A stretch of DNA of 64,000 nucleotides from Nageia nagi (GCA_050084985.1 JBITNC010000001.1:102486001-102550000), one strand, 5' to 3'. Positions 51,201-64,000 are shown, counted from the first letter of the stretch. The notes: generated from the letters alone by a model not told the origin. Made by a program: numbers and translations.

Positions 51201-54200
51201 GCACCTATCCTTAAATATTAATCACCTTTCCCACCAACCATATCAAATTTATCATCATTAGATTGTTCTGATTCTAATTTGCAAATTGAACAACTGATGG
51301 CTGAACTGGTGGCACAATAGGTTAGGTGATTGATTGCATAATTGGTTGAGTGATACTTGAAGTAATAATTGATGGTGTAATAATGGTTCTTGGGGAAGTA
51401 CATTATGTTGGTGGTGTACTAGATTTTGCTAAGCTAAATTCAGATACTAGGCTTCTTAGAGTTTGATCTATCTCTTTATTCAACTCCCTTTCAATCACCT
51501 ATTCTACTTCTTTAGTCGCTCTACCTACCCTTGTACTATAAACAAATTTATGTTAGGAAGGAAATATTTCCTCTTACATGAGACTAGTTGCGAGGCTATA
51601 AACCACAAAAGCAACACAACATTAGGTGATATCATGTTACTAATTTACCCTTATAAGGATTGATACCCCAAGGTTTCTTGCGGAAGCTTATTTTACTAAT
51701 ATAAGCTTGAATTATGTAGGTCTTATTTTGGGAATCAACTAGGTGGTGTATTAGAGGTAGTAGATGTTAACTCAATTTTTTTAGGGACTGAGATGTTTAT
51801 GATGTAATGTTTGAAAGTTGTTATAGATTTTAATGAAAGTGTAAAAAAAAAGAAAAAAAAAGGATGAGAATGATTCAATGCTGGTGAGATGACAAAGGAA
51901 GAGTCATAATGAAGCAATGCCTAATATTTCTAGCTTTTAGATAAATTAATAAGTCTCATTTTAAGTCTTCCAACTCAAAAATGAAATGAATTAAGTCCAA
52001 TATATTCTCAAGAGGAGTGGGGATTAGAGTTTCTATCCATACACCTAAGTGTGACTGATAAGTAATCAAAAGAAAATATGACACAACAAGTGTGCACAAA
52101 CTTGATTTCAAATGAAAAATTATAATTGGATAACATATAATGAAACAAAATATTAGTATACACTCACTATGCAAATTATGGATTGGGAATGATCTAGAAA
52201 TGTTTCAAGAACTTTTAAAAATTTTCAAAAAAGTTTTCCAAAATTTTTCAAGGAAATGCACAAAAGAATCTAAATCATCCAAAAAGCTCCAAAAAGGTCA
52301 AATCCATAATCCCATAAATGATAAATCACTTTGTTTCAAGTATTCCACTACTTTATATTAATTTTTGCAAAAAGAAGGATAAATCAAATTGCCAATTTTC
52401 CACAAATTTTGCTCTAGAAACATTTTGTCAAAAATGAGACCCCCTATGGTCTATTTATAGACTTTTTTTTGGATTTTCCAAAAAAAACTAAGAAATTTAT
52501 TGTTTTGAGTTTCAAGCTAAAATAAAATTATAATTCGAGATGTGGGAGCAACATATTCGTCCCATCACTGATATAAGCTATATTCATAAGAATTTGGGCC
52601 ATTTGCATGGATTTGGAAGCTATTTTGGTGATTTTTAGGCCCGTTTGCTTGTATTTTGGAGAAGAATAACAATGGTCTCTATAGCAAATGTGGATGTTGG
52701 TTTCTTTGGTAATTCCTATAAGGTTAAATGTGCTTAACTTGGTGTTTTTTAAAATACACCTATTTTTAATTTTAAGTTTGAGCTTTTTACCAAAATATTT
52801 GTGTTCACATTAGTCGGATAGAAGTGGTTCAAGCTTTTTTAAGATGATTTCTCCCCAAAATGGCCACTTAGTAATATCTTGCTCAATTTTTCATTTTTTT
52901 CAAAAAGTTCAAAGGGAATGCATGCTCCTCACCATTCTACACATGATCCTCAATTTTCACCTTTTTTCATTTTTTCTTGAAAATTGGAGGTTTATAGCCT
53001 TCTCATGGATTTTGAGAATTTTTCATGTTTTTCTTCATTTTGGAACAAATATGCTTTGGTGCTTAAGTACTCAATTTTATTTCTCAAGTATGCTTTCGAT
53101 GTATTTTGCATGCTAAATAATGTCAATTGACTACTCCCAAGGTGCAATTTGCTTGCTAACTTGAGCATCTTTCATCCTAAGCATGTATGTTTTGCTCATT
53201 TTTTAAATCCCTTTAGCCATTTGATGTGAAATTTTGGTATGAAATCCTCCCATGCTTTGAAGAAAAATTTTAAATTATTGATAAAAATGGCCATAGGCTC
53301 ACCCTAGGTGCTAGAATTTGGAGTTTGATGTTGTCAAAGGGGTGCAAACCTGTGCCTACCTCTAAGCATGCAAAATTTTATCCAATTTTGAAACTTTCAA
53401 GCCCATTGTTTCTTAATTTTGGTTCAAAACCATATTTTTGTTTTTCAATTTGACCATTCCAAAATTTCATCATTTCCAAGTGTAAGCATGCTAGGCACCA
53501 AAATTTTGGGTTTGATGACATCAAACCCTCAAAACCTATGCCTAGGATGTGAGGATGTAATTTTGGTGCAATTGGGTTGATCCCAATGGCAAAGTTGGGT
53601 GTTTTTGCACCCTCCATCCTCTCATGCCTTTAAAAAAAATTCAAATTTTGGGAAATTTCAAGAGAAAAGGTTCACAAATTTGAATTTTCCACAATACCCA
53701 TATGCTAGATTTCCCATTTGCTTAAGTCAAAATTTGGAGATTGTATCCATAAGGTAGGTGCCAAAAAATGAGCTTTGATGTTGCCAAAGCTCCCTAAACC
53801 TAGGTTTAGGTGCAAATAACTCATTTTTTATGATTATCCAAAAGTTCCAAGCCCAAAATTGTGCAATTTTATCCTTCTTACAATACCCATGTGATAGATT
53901 TTTTAATTACATAAGTAAAAATTTGAAAATTTTCATGTCCATGTAGGCTAGGCATAAAATATTTGGGTTTGATATCATCAAACCTTGAAACCCTATGTAC
54001 AAGGGATGAGGGAGCAATTTTTTTCCATTTTGAAAAGTTTTATGAGCAAACTTGCATTATTTTCAATCCTCCATGATGCCATGTCATCAAATTTGCATTC
54101 CAAATTTGGTCAAAAATAAGCATTTGGAGCTAGGCACCAATGTTTCCATTTTGGTGGCCTCAAAGCCTTGAACATTATGTCTGTCTAGGAAAAAGAGAAA

Positions 54201-54586
54201 AATTGATCAAATCTTAAAATGTCCAAGCTTAAACTTATCTGAAATAGGGTCCCCTCCTAGCCTGTGCCTTTTGATTCCAACTTTGGTAAACTTTGAAAAA
54301 TGACCCCATCATCATTGGCCTTCTTCGAGACCCAAAATATTTTGTATTCTGGTGAAGTCTATTTGATCTTGGGTCTTTGGCTTCAAACTTAGTGATTGGA
54401 TGTTTTGAATTATTTTAGGATCTTCAACAAGTAATTACCCTGAATCACTCCTTGATATTATCTTTACATTGCTTAGAATCAATTATCTGTTACCTTAAGC
54501 TAATCTCAAGGCAATGCACCTCATAGTTTTTGCAAAATAGGATCCCCAAAATCTTGTATTTTGGGGTGTGTTATGCGGGCACAATA
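45220..54586 (-). mobile_element. Nested LTR element with ~3-kb LTRs (45220-48294 and 51551-54586) and a gag-protease-only interior
   Basis: Long direct repeats with decayed termini t(a/g)tt(g/a)ggaagg...ca(c/t)aata and flanks agctc/agatc (4/5 TSD). Minus-strand TATA at about 46140 and 52452. Gag at 50681-51200 and protease PPFLLTLRIVSKNLHNFLVDS..YGIILSKD at 49346-49635. Confidence 0.8.
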
Positions 54587-55919
54587 AGATCTTTGTTGAG
54601 ATTTAATATTATAAACTCTTGTTACCAATTCATGGTGAGATTGAATTTAGTTTGCACTTATGGATGCTTGTTGCATATTATTTAGGACTAGAAATTTGGC
54701 ATGAAACTATAGACACCTTAAAGTCACCTTTTTCCATCGATATTTTCTATTATCATTTTCAACCAAATTTCTCTAGCATAGCCATTTGTACCAATCTAAT
54801 CAATAATATTATAAAGTCAAATTTGAAATCCATTTTCCCTCTCTTGGTTTTTCAAATCTTCTTACCTCTTGACCATTGTGGAGCCTTCTCTCTTGCATAA
54901 TTGAATACTTGAGCAATATCCTAAGCCCTAATCACCCATAATGAAGGGATTGAAATATAAATAAAACAATCCTAAACTACCAAGATCACATAGAAGCTCA
55001 CTTAATACATCAATACTCAAGGATAGATAATCTCACAAAATAGACTCAAGATATAAAGTGGTTCCTCCAACTAGGAGTACATCCACTAGCTAGATCTTAT
55101 TTCATTCACAAAGATAATTCTCTTACAATTCTCCTAACTTCATCTCCTAATAAATATCCTAGAGCATAACTTTACTTCACACAATTGGTGTGTGATCACA
55201 AAGAAGGGGCCTTCTATTTATAGGCCAAAATCCCCATTTGGATCATCGTTTTAATTATTGTACAAAGGCATGACATGCTACTCCCTTTTACCCAAGGGGC
55301 ATGCTCATGACATGGAGTGTAGGATAAGTTACATTATCATATTCACTTAAATACTTAAGGTATCTAGTGATACCATTAAGTATTAGTGAATTTACAAAGA
55401 GAATTATTACTAAACTTTATACATTCCAACACTCCCCCTTAATGCAATATTGGGATAGAGTGACTAAGAGAGAATAAAGAGAGAGAGTAAGAGAGTTCTC
55501 CAAATAAATATAATCAAATATGAGAAATTTTTACATCTTTGTGAAGTAAGATCATAGTTTGAGACACACTAATTCATCATTTTAACAAATGGTTTACAAT
55601 ACAATCATTAATAACAATCGATTTCAATGTACATAAACTAGTCATCCAACTAGAAGCCATGAGGAGTCTTTATGAGCCTATACACTTGAAGTAAGTAACT
55701 TGCAACCTCAAACAAACTTGCAACTTATAAGTAGCTCAAATAACAAGGTCAGTTAGATGCAACATCCTCATATCAATGAGAATAGATGAATCAAACAATG
55801 CCATCACAAACTGATCAATGGTGCTCTATAAGTCATGATGAAGATGCCAAGTCAAAATTAATAGTCACTTGCTATATACAAAATATGTGTTGATTATCAT
55901 TACCAAAATAGAGCAAAAT

Positions 55920-56160
55920 AAAATGCACATATGAGTTTCTCACATATGGATAACTAAATAGTGCCAAAAACACATACAAGTTCCTCACACATGGATAATT
56001 GAATAGTGCTAGATTGGCCAATCTTTTGCTCAAAAAATTGTACAAGTTCCTCACATAGAGAAAACTTACGACAAAGGTGTACAACAAAATATTTTGCTCA
56101 AAAAATTGTACAAGTTTCTTATGCAAAGAAAACTTACCATGAAGGTGTACAACAAAATCA
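55920..56160. repeat. Imperfect tandem repeats (45-69 bp) in the Copia 3' UTR
   Basis: tacaagttcctcaca motif occurs about 4 times; ttttgctcaaaaaattgtacaagtt..aaggtgtacaacaaaat occurs twice. Confidence 0.75.
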
Positions 56161-56466
56161 ACATTATATAGCATAAAAATCCTCCTAGAGGTGAAGTTAT
56201 CATCACAAACATGAATTCAACACAAGAATTCAAATTTCACTCTCCCTTAAGGGAAACTTCACCAACCTTATAACATATTTAAGTTCACTAGACTAAGCTT
56301 CAAGGAGGTGCTTGGTGAACAAATTAGTGAAGTTCAAGGTTAATGGAAAATACTCTAGGTGTATGAGGCCATCAAGAACCTTTTCCCTAATGAAATGGGC
56401 TTAGTTTTTCACATGTTTTGTTCTTTGATAAAAGACAAGACTCTTAGCTAGAAAAATAGTTGATTG

Positions 56467-56974
56467 TGTTAGAATTTGTAATGAAATATTGTGAATATCT
56501 AGACTCCTTGTAAATTCAATTAATCACTTAAAGGTATGTAGATACCTTAAGTGATTAATAGAATTCTTTAATATGTAGACTTTGACTTTACCAAAGGAGT
56601 TAGTTGGTAGGTTGAAGTTTGGTGGTACATTTAATGTAACCCTAACCTTACCCTTGGGTTAAAGGAAGGTTAGGGAGGTGCTCTCAACCTATAAATAGAG
56701 GGCCTCTCCTCATGTAAACATATCTAAGTTTTGAGTAAGATTACTCTACTTGGTTGTGTAGGAGAGAGCTAGAGAATAGTTATAAGAGAGACATAGATTT
56801 GAAAATAAGAGAACTAGTTGTGGATGTACTCCCAAGGAGGGAGGAACCACATTATATTGGTGTCATATTGTGTGAATGATGTTCTTAGAATTATAGATGT
56901 GTTATCTTATATACACTTGAGTTTCCTAGTCTAAGGTCCTAGAGGATTTGTTTAGTTATAGTTCAAATCCTTCA
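56467..56974 (+). mobile_element. Solo LTR (508 bp) inserted in the Copia RNase H
   Basis: TGTTAG...CCTTCA termini, perfect TSD GATTG and TATA ctataaatag. Removal restores SDNQSTIFLAKSLVFYQRTKH. Confidence 0.93.
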
Positions 56975-59900
56975 GATTGATTATCTGAATAAATTAGAGA
57001 TGGGCTAGCTTCCTCATACCCAATTTATTTCAGAAGATGCCTTAGCCAAATAGCTTCCTAGGCTGCAACAGACATGGCTCAGTATTCAGCTTCTATGGTG
57101 GAAAGAGAAATTATAAGTTGCTTCTTTAAATTCCAAGAGATAGCACCTAAACAAATGCTAAAAACATATATAGAGGTTGATTTTTTGTCATCTTTATCTC
57201 CTCTATAGTTAGAATATGAGAACCTTGAGAGAACAAACAAGGGCAACTTAGAATACTTAAGGGCAAGATCCTTCATCCCTACAACATACCTCAAGATTTG
57301 CTTAACAACATTGAGGTGCTCAACATATGGTTTCTACATGAATCAAGCCCTCAGATTCACTACAAAGGCAATATATGGCATGAAAATAGTAAAGTAAAGA
57401 AAAATACCAATTAAATGTTTGTAAGTTATAGCATCAACAAACTAAGAGTTGGAGCTATGGGAAATAGTGATTGTAGGAGAGACTAGGATAGTAGCATGTC
57501 TACACTCCATTTCAAATTTTTGCAAGATGTCTAATATATACTTGGATTGACTAAGATAAGTATAATCTTTGTATTCATATACTTGCATTCCAAAGTAGTA
57601 CTGGAAGAGACCAAGATTAATAATTTCAAATGTTACCTTAAATTTGGATATGCACTCTTGAATGATTTCATCATTGTTACCAGTTATTAGAAGATCATCC
57701 ACATAAAGGAGAATTAAGACCATGTCTTTTCTTTATTGAGCACATATAAATCAAAGTCAGAGAAACACTTGGAGAATCCAATATTTGCAAAGTATCTTAA
57801 AATCTTCTTATACTAGGCTGTAGGTGCTTTCTTAAGTCCATACAAAGACTTTTTTAGCTTTTACACAAAAGACTCTTTTTCTTTCACAATAAAGCTCTCT
57901 GCTTGATTCATGTAGATTTCCACATCTAGGTCACCATTGAGAAACATACTCTTGATATCAAGTTGAAAAACTTTCTATCCTTGAGTTGTTGAAAGAGAAA
58001 AGATTATCTTGACAGTGGACATCTTTGCCATGGGAGCAAAGGTTTTCTTATAGTCAACACCATATTTTTGAGCAAAACCTTTGGCTACTAACCTTGCCTT
58101 GTATTTTTTAATATCCTCAACTGAATTGAACTTGACCTTGTAGATCCACTTATTGCCAATCACATTCTTCTCATTGGGATAAGGAACCAAATCCCAAGTT
58201 TCATTTTTTATAAGCACCTTATATTCCACTTTTTTGGCTTCCATCTAGCACTCATGCTTTGAAGCTTCTTTGAATGATGAGGGCTCACAATTTTAGCAAA
58301 TAAGGATTTGTTCAAGGTCATGCTCATAGTTATCCTTTGTGTTAGAGAATTTTGCTCCTATGGTGACTTATCTACATAAAAACCCAACCAATTAGTTGCA
58401 ATTGATGAATCATCTAGATCATCAACATCCTCATTAGAAGCAGATTCTTCAAGAAGTTCATTGAACTTTACATCTCTTGATACGAACACTTCTTTGTAGG
58501 ATGGGAGTAGAGCCTGTAGCCTCTATGCTAACTATCATCACCTATAAAGATGCATTTTTTAGCTCTTTCATCTAACATTTTCCTTTTCTTAGAAATAATG
58601 TAGGAGAATGCTTCACGACCAAACACCCTAAGGTGAGAAATGTTAGGTTTTATTCTTGACCATGCCTCAAATAGAGTTTTACCCTAAACAGCTTTTGTGG
58701 AACACCTATTCAAGGTGTAAATAGTAGTTCTCATAGCTTCATCCTATAAGAAACTAGGAAGATTACGCAACATGCATCTATCCATATCCATAATTATCCT
58801 ATTTTTCCTTTTGATAACACTATTTTGCCCAGGAGTGTAGGGAATCATAAATTGCTTTTTGATTCCATACTTAGGACAATAGTAATTAAACTCATTGTTG
58901 TTATATTCTCCTCCATTATCTAATCTCAACATCTTGATTTTAAGGTTAGTTTGATTTTCAACTAAGGCTTTAAAATTCTTAAAACTCTCAAAATTTTGAT
59001 CCTTGTGCTCAAGTAGATAACCAAATGTCATTCTACTAAAGTCATCAATGAAAGTCAAGACATAAGATGCTCCCTCAAGCGACTTAGTTTGAAACAAACC
59101 TATCAAATATGAATGCACAAGTTGAAAAGGTTGTGATGCTCTTATTACCTTATTTTTTTTCAAACCTTTATCTATTCAATTTGCCTAGGATGCACTACTC
59201 ACACAAACCAATTGAAGTTGAAATTGAAAGAAAATCTTTCACAAGTTCTTGGTCTTTCATGACTTGAATACTCTTGTGGTTAAGCTACTCTAATTATTGA
59301 TGCTAAAGATTACCTCTAGAACACACATTTGTAGCAAGATGCTGTTAAAAATGTGGAGACTGCGACCAGCCGGCCAGACAGAACCGGCCAACCAGCCAGA
59401 CAGCCAGCCGGCCAACCGATCAGATAGCCGACCAACCGGCTAGGCCTAACCGATCTGAAGGAAATCGGCCTGTTATTGCTAACCGGTCTGTAGGGCGCCG
59501 GCTAAGAAACAGAGAACAGTTACTTTCTCGTTTCTCATCAGTTTTCAGTTGCCTAGGTGTCATGACAACTGGTTTTGTAGTTACAGAAGGGTTGGGGGTT
59601 GCCTAACGACCTTCCTGATCCAACTTGGGTTTAAGTTGGGTTAGTTTGTACCTATAAATAAGTGTTTGAGTTGAGGCATGTATGATGTGGTGTGATAGTG
59701 TGTGAGTGACTGTAATTTGATAGCACTTGTGAGGTTGATTGTAATTGTTGAGAGAGAGATTGTAGTGAGGCTTTGTTGTAACTCCAAAGTGAAGGTTGTA
59801 GCAAGGTTATGCTGCTGGTGTATTGCTTGGAGGACTTGAATGCAAAAGAGTTGAAAGCTTCTCCGTGGATGTAGCCTACACTGGGTGAACCACGTTATCT

Positions 59901-60035
59901 CTTGTGTCTCTCTTGTGTGATTGATGTTTATGGATGTTTATTTTCAGTAGTATGCTTAATGTTGTTTCTTCTTTGCCAAAGACAATCTAAATTGTGAATG
60001 CTCTTGGTTATATGAACTCTTTAAATCCTAACAAT

Positions 60036-60047
60036 TGGTATCAGAGC
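60036..60047 (+). promoter_or_regulatory. Primer binding site complementary to tRNA-iMet
   Basis: TGGTATCAGAGC located 2 nt after the LTR end. Confidence 0.95.
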
Positions 60048-60112
60048 GTGTTGTTGTGTTGGGATTTTGTTGGTGAATCTTGTGTGTAGATTGGAAACCA
60101 AGGAAGAGCACT

Positions 60113-63100
60113 ATGGCTGAAGAAGGGAGGCTGAAGGTGGAAAGGTTTAATGGGCAAGGCTTTTAGTTTTGGAAAATGCAAATGGAAGACTACCTCTACC
60201 AAAAGGATCTCTATCTACCTCTAGAAGAGAAGAGTAAGAAACCTACTTCTATGAGTGATGAAGAGTGGAATCTCTTGGATAGAAAGGCTTTGGGTGCTGT
60301 AAGACTTTGTTTAAGTTCTAGTGTAGCTTTCAATATTTCCAATGAAAAGACCACTAAAGGTGTAATGGATAAGCTTGCTAAATTGTATGAAAAACCATCT
60401 GCCTCTAACAAAGTATACTTAATGAAAAAATTGTTTAACATGAAGATGAATGAAGGTAGTTCAGTTCAGGACCATGTTAATGAGTTCAATACAATCACAA
60501 ATCAATTGACTTCAGTAAGTTTAGAATTTGAAGATGAAGTAAGGGCCTTGTTAATTCTATGTTCACTTCCATATAGTTGGAATAGCTTTGTTATGGCTGT
60601 TAGCAATTCTTCTTCTAATGCAAAATTGGTCTTTGATGAAGTTGTTGGAACAATTCTTAGTGAGGACATGAGGAGAAAGTCCACGGGAGAATGCTCCAAT
60701 GCTGCTCTCACAGTAGAGGCAAGAGGAAGACCAAAGGAAAGAAGGAGAAGCAAGTCAAGAAGCAAATCACAAGGAAGGTCGAAATCACAAGGTAAAACAA
60801 AATTGGAATGTTGGTATTGTGGTAAAAAGGGTCACATTAAAAAGGATTGTTGGAATAGAAAAGGTAAAGAATGTGATAGTAGTAATAATGAAAGCACAAG
60901 TAATCAAGAGGTTAATATGGTTGGTGAATTAATCCAAGATGCTTTAATCATGTCTAACAAAAAGAACAATGATTATTGGGTTCTTGATTCGGGTGCTTCA
61001 TATCATGCTACTCCACATAAGGACTTCTTTTCTAATTACACACATGGTGATTTTGGTCAAGTGTTATTAGGTAATGAACATCCATGTAAAATTGTTGGTA
61101 TGGGCAATATAACAATGAAATTACCTAATGGAACACAATGGACTCTTAATGAAGCAAGACACATTCCGGATCTTAAAAGGAATCTCATATCAATAAGTAA
61201 ATTGGATAAGGAGGGCTATGTGATGACATTCGGGGATGGTAATTGGAAAGTTTCTAAAGGTTCAATGGTATTTGCAAAGGGAAATTTGGTGGGGTCTCTT
61301 TATTTACTCACAAATGTCTTTGATTATTCATTGAATCTTGTTTCCTTTGGTAATGATACATCACTATGGCATAATAGACTTGGACATATGAGTGAAAAAG
61401 GAATGAAAATGTTACACACTAATGGTTCACTTCCAAATCTAAAAGAAATTGATTTAGGATTTTGTGAAGATTGTGTGTATGGTAAACAAAAGAAAGTTAG
61501 ATTTCTTAAAGTTGGCAATGAAAGGAAGAGTCACAAATTAGAGCTTGTTCATACAGATGTGTGGGGTCCTGCACAGGTTTTCTCACTTGGGGGCTCATCT
61601 TATTTTGTCACTTTTATTGATGATTGTACCAGGAAGACATGGGTATTTTGTCTTAAAAAGAAATCTGATGTATTTGAAACTTTTAAGAGGTGGAAGGCAT
61701 TGGTTGAGAATGAAACTAATTCTAAGTTAAAATGTCTTAAGTCAGATAATGGTGGAGAATTTTGCAATAATGAGTTTGATTCATTTTGTTCACACAATGG
61801 CATTAGAAGGATTAAGGTGGTTCCTAGAATTCCACAGCAAAATGGGGTTGCAGAGAGAATGAATAGGACTATCTTGGAAAGGGCTAGAAGTATGAGGATA
61901 CATGCTGGGTTTCCTTTAAATCTTTGGGCTGATGCTATTGACACTGCTGTTTACTTGATTAACAGGGGTCCATCTATGGCTTTAGATGGAGGCATTCCAG
62001 AGGAGATGTGGACAGGTAAAAAGGTGAATTACTCATTCTTGAGAGTGTTTGGTTGTGAGGCTTTTGCACATGTTGATAAGGAGAATAGAAATAAACTTGA
62101 TGCAAAATCACAAAAATGTTATCTTATTGGATATGGTGTTAATGATTTTGGATATAGGTTATGGGATGTTGATAACCATAAAATCATTAGAAGTAGAGAT
62201 GTTGTATTCAATGAGAATAACATGTATAAAGACAGGTTGCAAAAGGTTGAGGAACCCAAGAGTGTATCTCTAGAAGATGTTGATCAATATAAGGGTCCTG
62301 ATAATGTTGAAGCACCTCCACCACAAACACCTCAAACTTTGCCGCTTAGAAGATCCACAAGGATTAGAAATCCTCCTGAACGATATTCTCCTACTCTTTA
62401 TCATATTTTGTATACTGATGGTGGTGAACCTGAATGTTTTGATGAAGCTATGCAGGGTGGTACACAGATTAAGTGGGAGCATGCTATGAAGGAGGAGATG
62501 GACTCCTTACTTAAGAATCAGACTTGGAGTTTGGTTGAGCTTCCAGAGGGTAAGAGGGTTCTTACTAACAAATGGGTGTACAGGATAAAGGAGGATGCAG
62601 ATGGGCGACAAAGGTACAAGGTGAGACTTGTGGTAAAAGGTTTCGAATAGAAAAAAGGTATTGATTATGATGAGATCTTTTCTCCAGTTGTTAAAATGAC
62701 CTCGATTAGAGCAATATTGAGTCTTGTTGCTACTGAAAATTTGTTTCTTGAACAACTGGATGTAAAGACAGCTTTCCTTCATGGGGATTTGGAGGAGGAT
62801 ATTTATATGCATCAACCCGAAGGTTTTGAGGTCAAAGGTAAAGAAGGGTATGTATGTAAATTGGAAAAGAGTTTGTATGGCTTAAAACAAGCACCCAGGC
62901 AATGGTATCATAAGTTTGACACTTTTATGGTAACAAATGAATTTGTAAGATGTCAATCTGATCATTGTGTGTATATAAAAAGAACAACAAATGGCAACTA
63001 TGTAATCTTGCTTTTATATGTGGATGACATGTTGATAGCAGGACCTAGTATGCAGGATATTGTTGATCTTAAGGAAAAGTTGGCTAAAACTTTTGAAATG

Positions 63101-63977
63101 AAAGATTTGGGTGAAGCTAATCAAATTCTTGGAATGAAAATAACAAGAGATAAACAAAACCACTCACTAAGACTAAGTCAAGAAGACTATATTGAAAAGG
63201 TTCTTAAACTGTTCAATATGAATAATGCAAAATCTGTAACTTTACCATTGGCAAAACATTTTAAACTCACCAAACATTTATGTCCTAAGATAGATAAGGA
63301 AAAGGAGTACATGACTAAGGTTCCTTATGCTTCAGCGGTTGGGAGTTTAATGTATGCAATGGTATGTACTAGACCAGATATAGCACAAGCAGTGGGAATG
63401 GTTAGTAGATTTATGAATAATCCAGGAAAAGGGCATTGGGAAGCAGTTAAATGGATCCTTAGGTATTTAAGGGGTACTTCTCATTACTCTTTATGTTTTG
63501 GTGGATCTAACTCTTGTTTGCAAGGATATGTTGATTCTGACATGGCAGGTGATATAGATGGTGGGAGAAGCACTACAGGTTATGTGTTTACCATTGGAGG
63601 TACAGCGGTTAGTTGGATTTCAAAACTCCAACAGGTTGTGGCTCTCCACTACTGAGGCAGAGTACGTGGCGATGACAAAGGCGAGTAAAGAATTGATTTG
63701 GTTGAAGAGACTGATGGAGGAACTGGGAAAGGTGCAGGAGGATGCGAAGCTATGGAGCGATAGCCAGAGTGCTATCCATCTTGCAAAGAACTCAGCCTAC
63801 CATTCGAGAACCAAACACATCAAATTGAGGTACCACTTCATCAGGGCAACGTTGGAGGATGGTTCAGTCAGTTTGGGGAAGATTCACACGTCACAAAATC
63901 CTGCGGACATGTTCACGAAAGTTGTTACAAAGGAGAAGTTGGGCTCTTGCTCAACTTGGATTGGTATTAAGGAGTAA
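60113..63977 (+). pseudogene. Copia gag-pol polyprotein with three lesions
   Basis: ATG at 60113; CWYCGKKGHIKKDC, LDSGAS, HNRLGH..CEDC, HTDVWG..DNGGEF, LYVDDML and SDSQSAI. TAG at 60164 and 62648, and a frameshift at about 63645. Confidence 0.95.
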
Positions 63978-64000
63978 AGGCCAAGATGAGGAGCTTTTGA

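Larger units (their letters stand above)
38040..54707 (-). mobile_element. Decayed Ogre/Tat-type Gypsy (gag-PR-RT-RH-aRH-INT), interrupted at 45220-54586
   Basis: PPT aaagaggggcaaaa at 38626-38613 then LTR start TGTAGCCACC at 38612. INT FEPNWLGP at about 39490; aRH WTLHFDGS..TNNIVAYEAL..IYGDS at 40770-41140; RH 41300-41800; RT FPLPNID..FMDGF at 42084-42360; PR YNLLLGRPWIH at about 43630; gag 44850-45210. Outer limits approximate. Confidence 0.88.
54899..59342 (-). mobile_element. Decayed Ty1/Copia (INT-RT-RH plus 3' LTR about 54899-55431), interrupted by the younger Copia at 59343
   Basis: INT LVHS..SYVLTFIDDFSR..DNGGEY, RT KNETWDLV..KARLVAKGFAQ and LYVDDLL, RH SLSTIEAEY. PPT aagggggag at 55440-55432 followed by TGTTGG. 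Confidence 0.92.
59343..64000 (+). mobile_element. Young Ty1/Copia, Tnt1/Tork-like; 5' LTR 59343-60033; 3' LTR beyond the window
   Basis: TGTTA...TAACA LTR, PBS tggtatcagagc at 60036-60047, TATA at about 59652, complete gag-PR-INT-RT-RH order. Confidence 0.97.

Noticed and set aside
62648-62650. Programmed stop read-through in the Copia pol
   Set aside because: The stop lies inside RT at a normally Gln codon, and the copy has two other lesions. Simple mutation is more likely.
60211-62815. Antisense and alternate-frame ORFs over the Copia polyprotein
   Set aside because: They are shadow ORFs of the long gag-pol frame.

Overview
AT-rich plant nuclear DNA. The multi-kb introns and repeat families suggest a gymnosperm, probably a conifer (inference, not proven). 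There is one host gene: the first four coding exons (35383-35194, 30724-30598, 26687-26614, 6988-6942, minus strand) of a mitochondrial TPR protein resembling Arabidopsis SSR1/NDP1 (At5g02130). All junctions are phase-consistent GT-AG, introns are 4.5, 3.9, 19.6 and >6.9 kb, and the remaining exons appear to lie left of the window. Almost everything else is transposon-derived. Intron 3 holds an ORF1-only L1 copy with a 5' inversion and a four-level nest: an LTR element, then a poly(A)-tailed TSD-flanked retroposon carrying a single non-LINE ORF, then a non-autonomous chromovirus, then a hAT MITE. Upstream of the gene lie a SINE in a duplicated promoter block, a decayed Ogre/Tat Gypsy with a nested gag-protease-only element with 3-kb LTRs, a decayed Copia with a nested solo LTR, and a near-intact Tnt1/Tork-like Copia. 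The best candidate for something undescribed is the 1.77-kb poly(A) retroposon at 9100-19748. All homology calls are from memory of the families; no searches were run.
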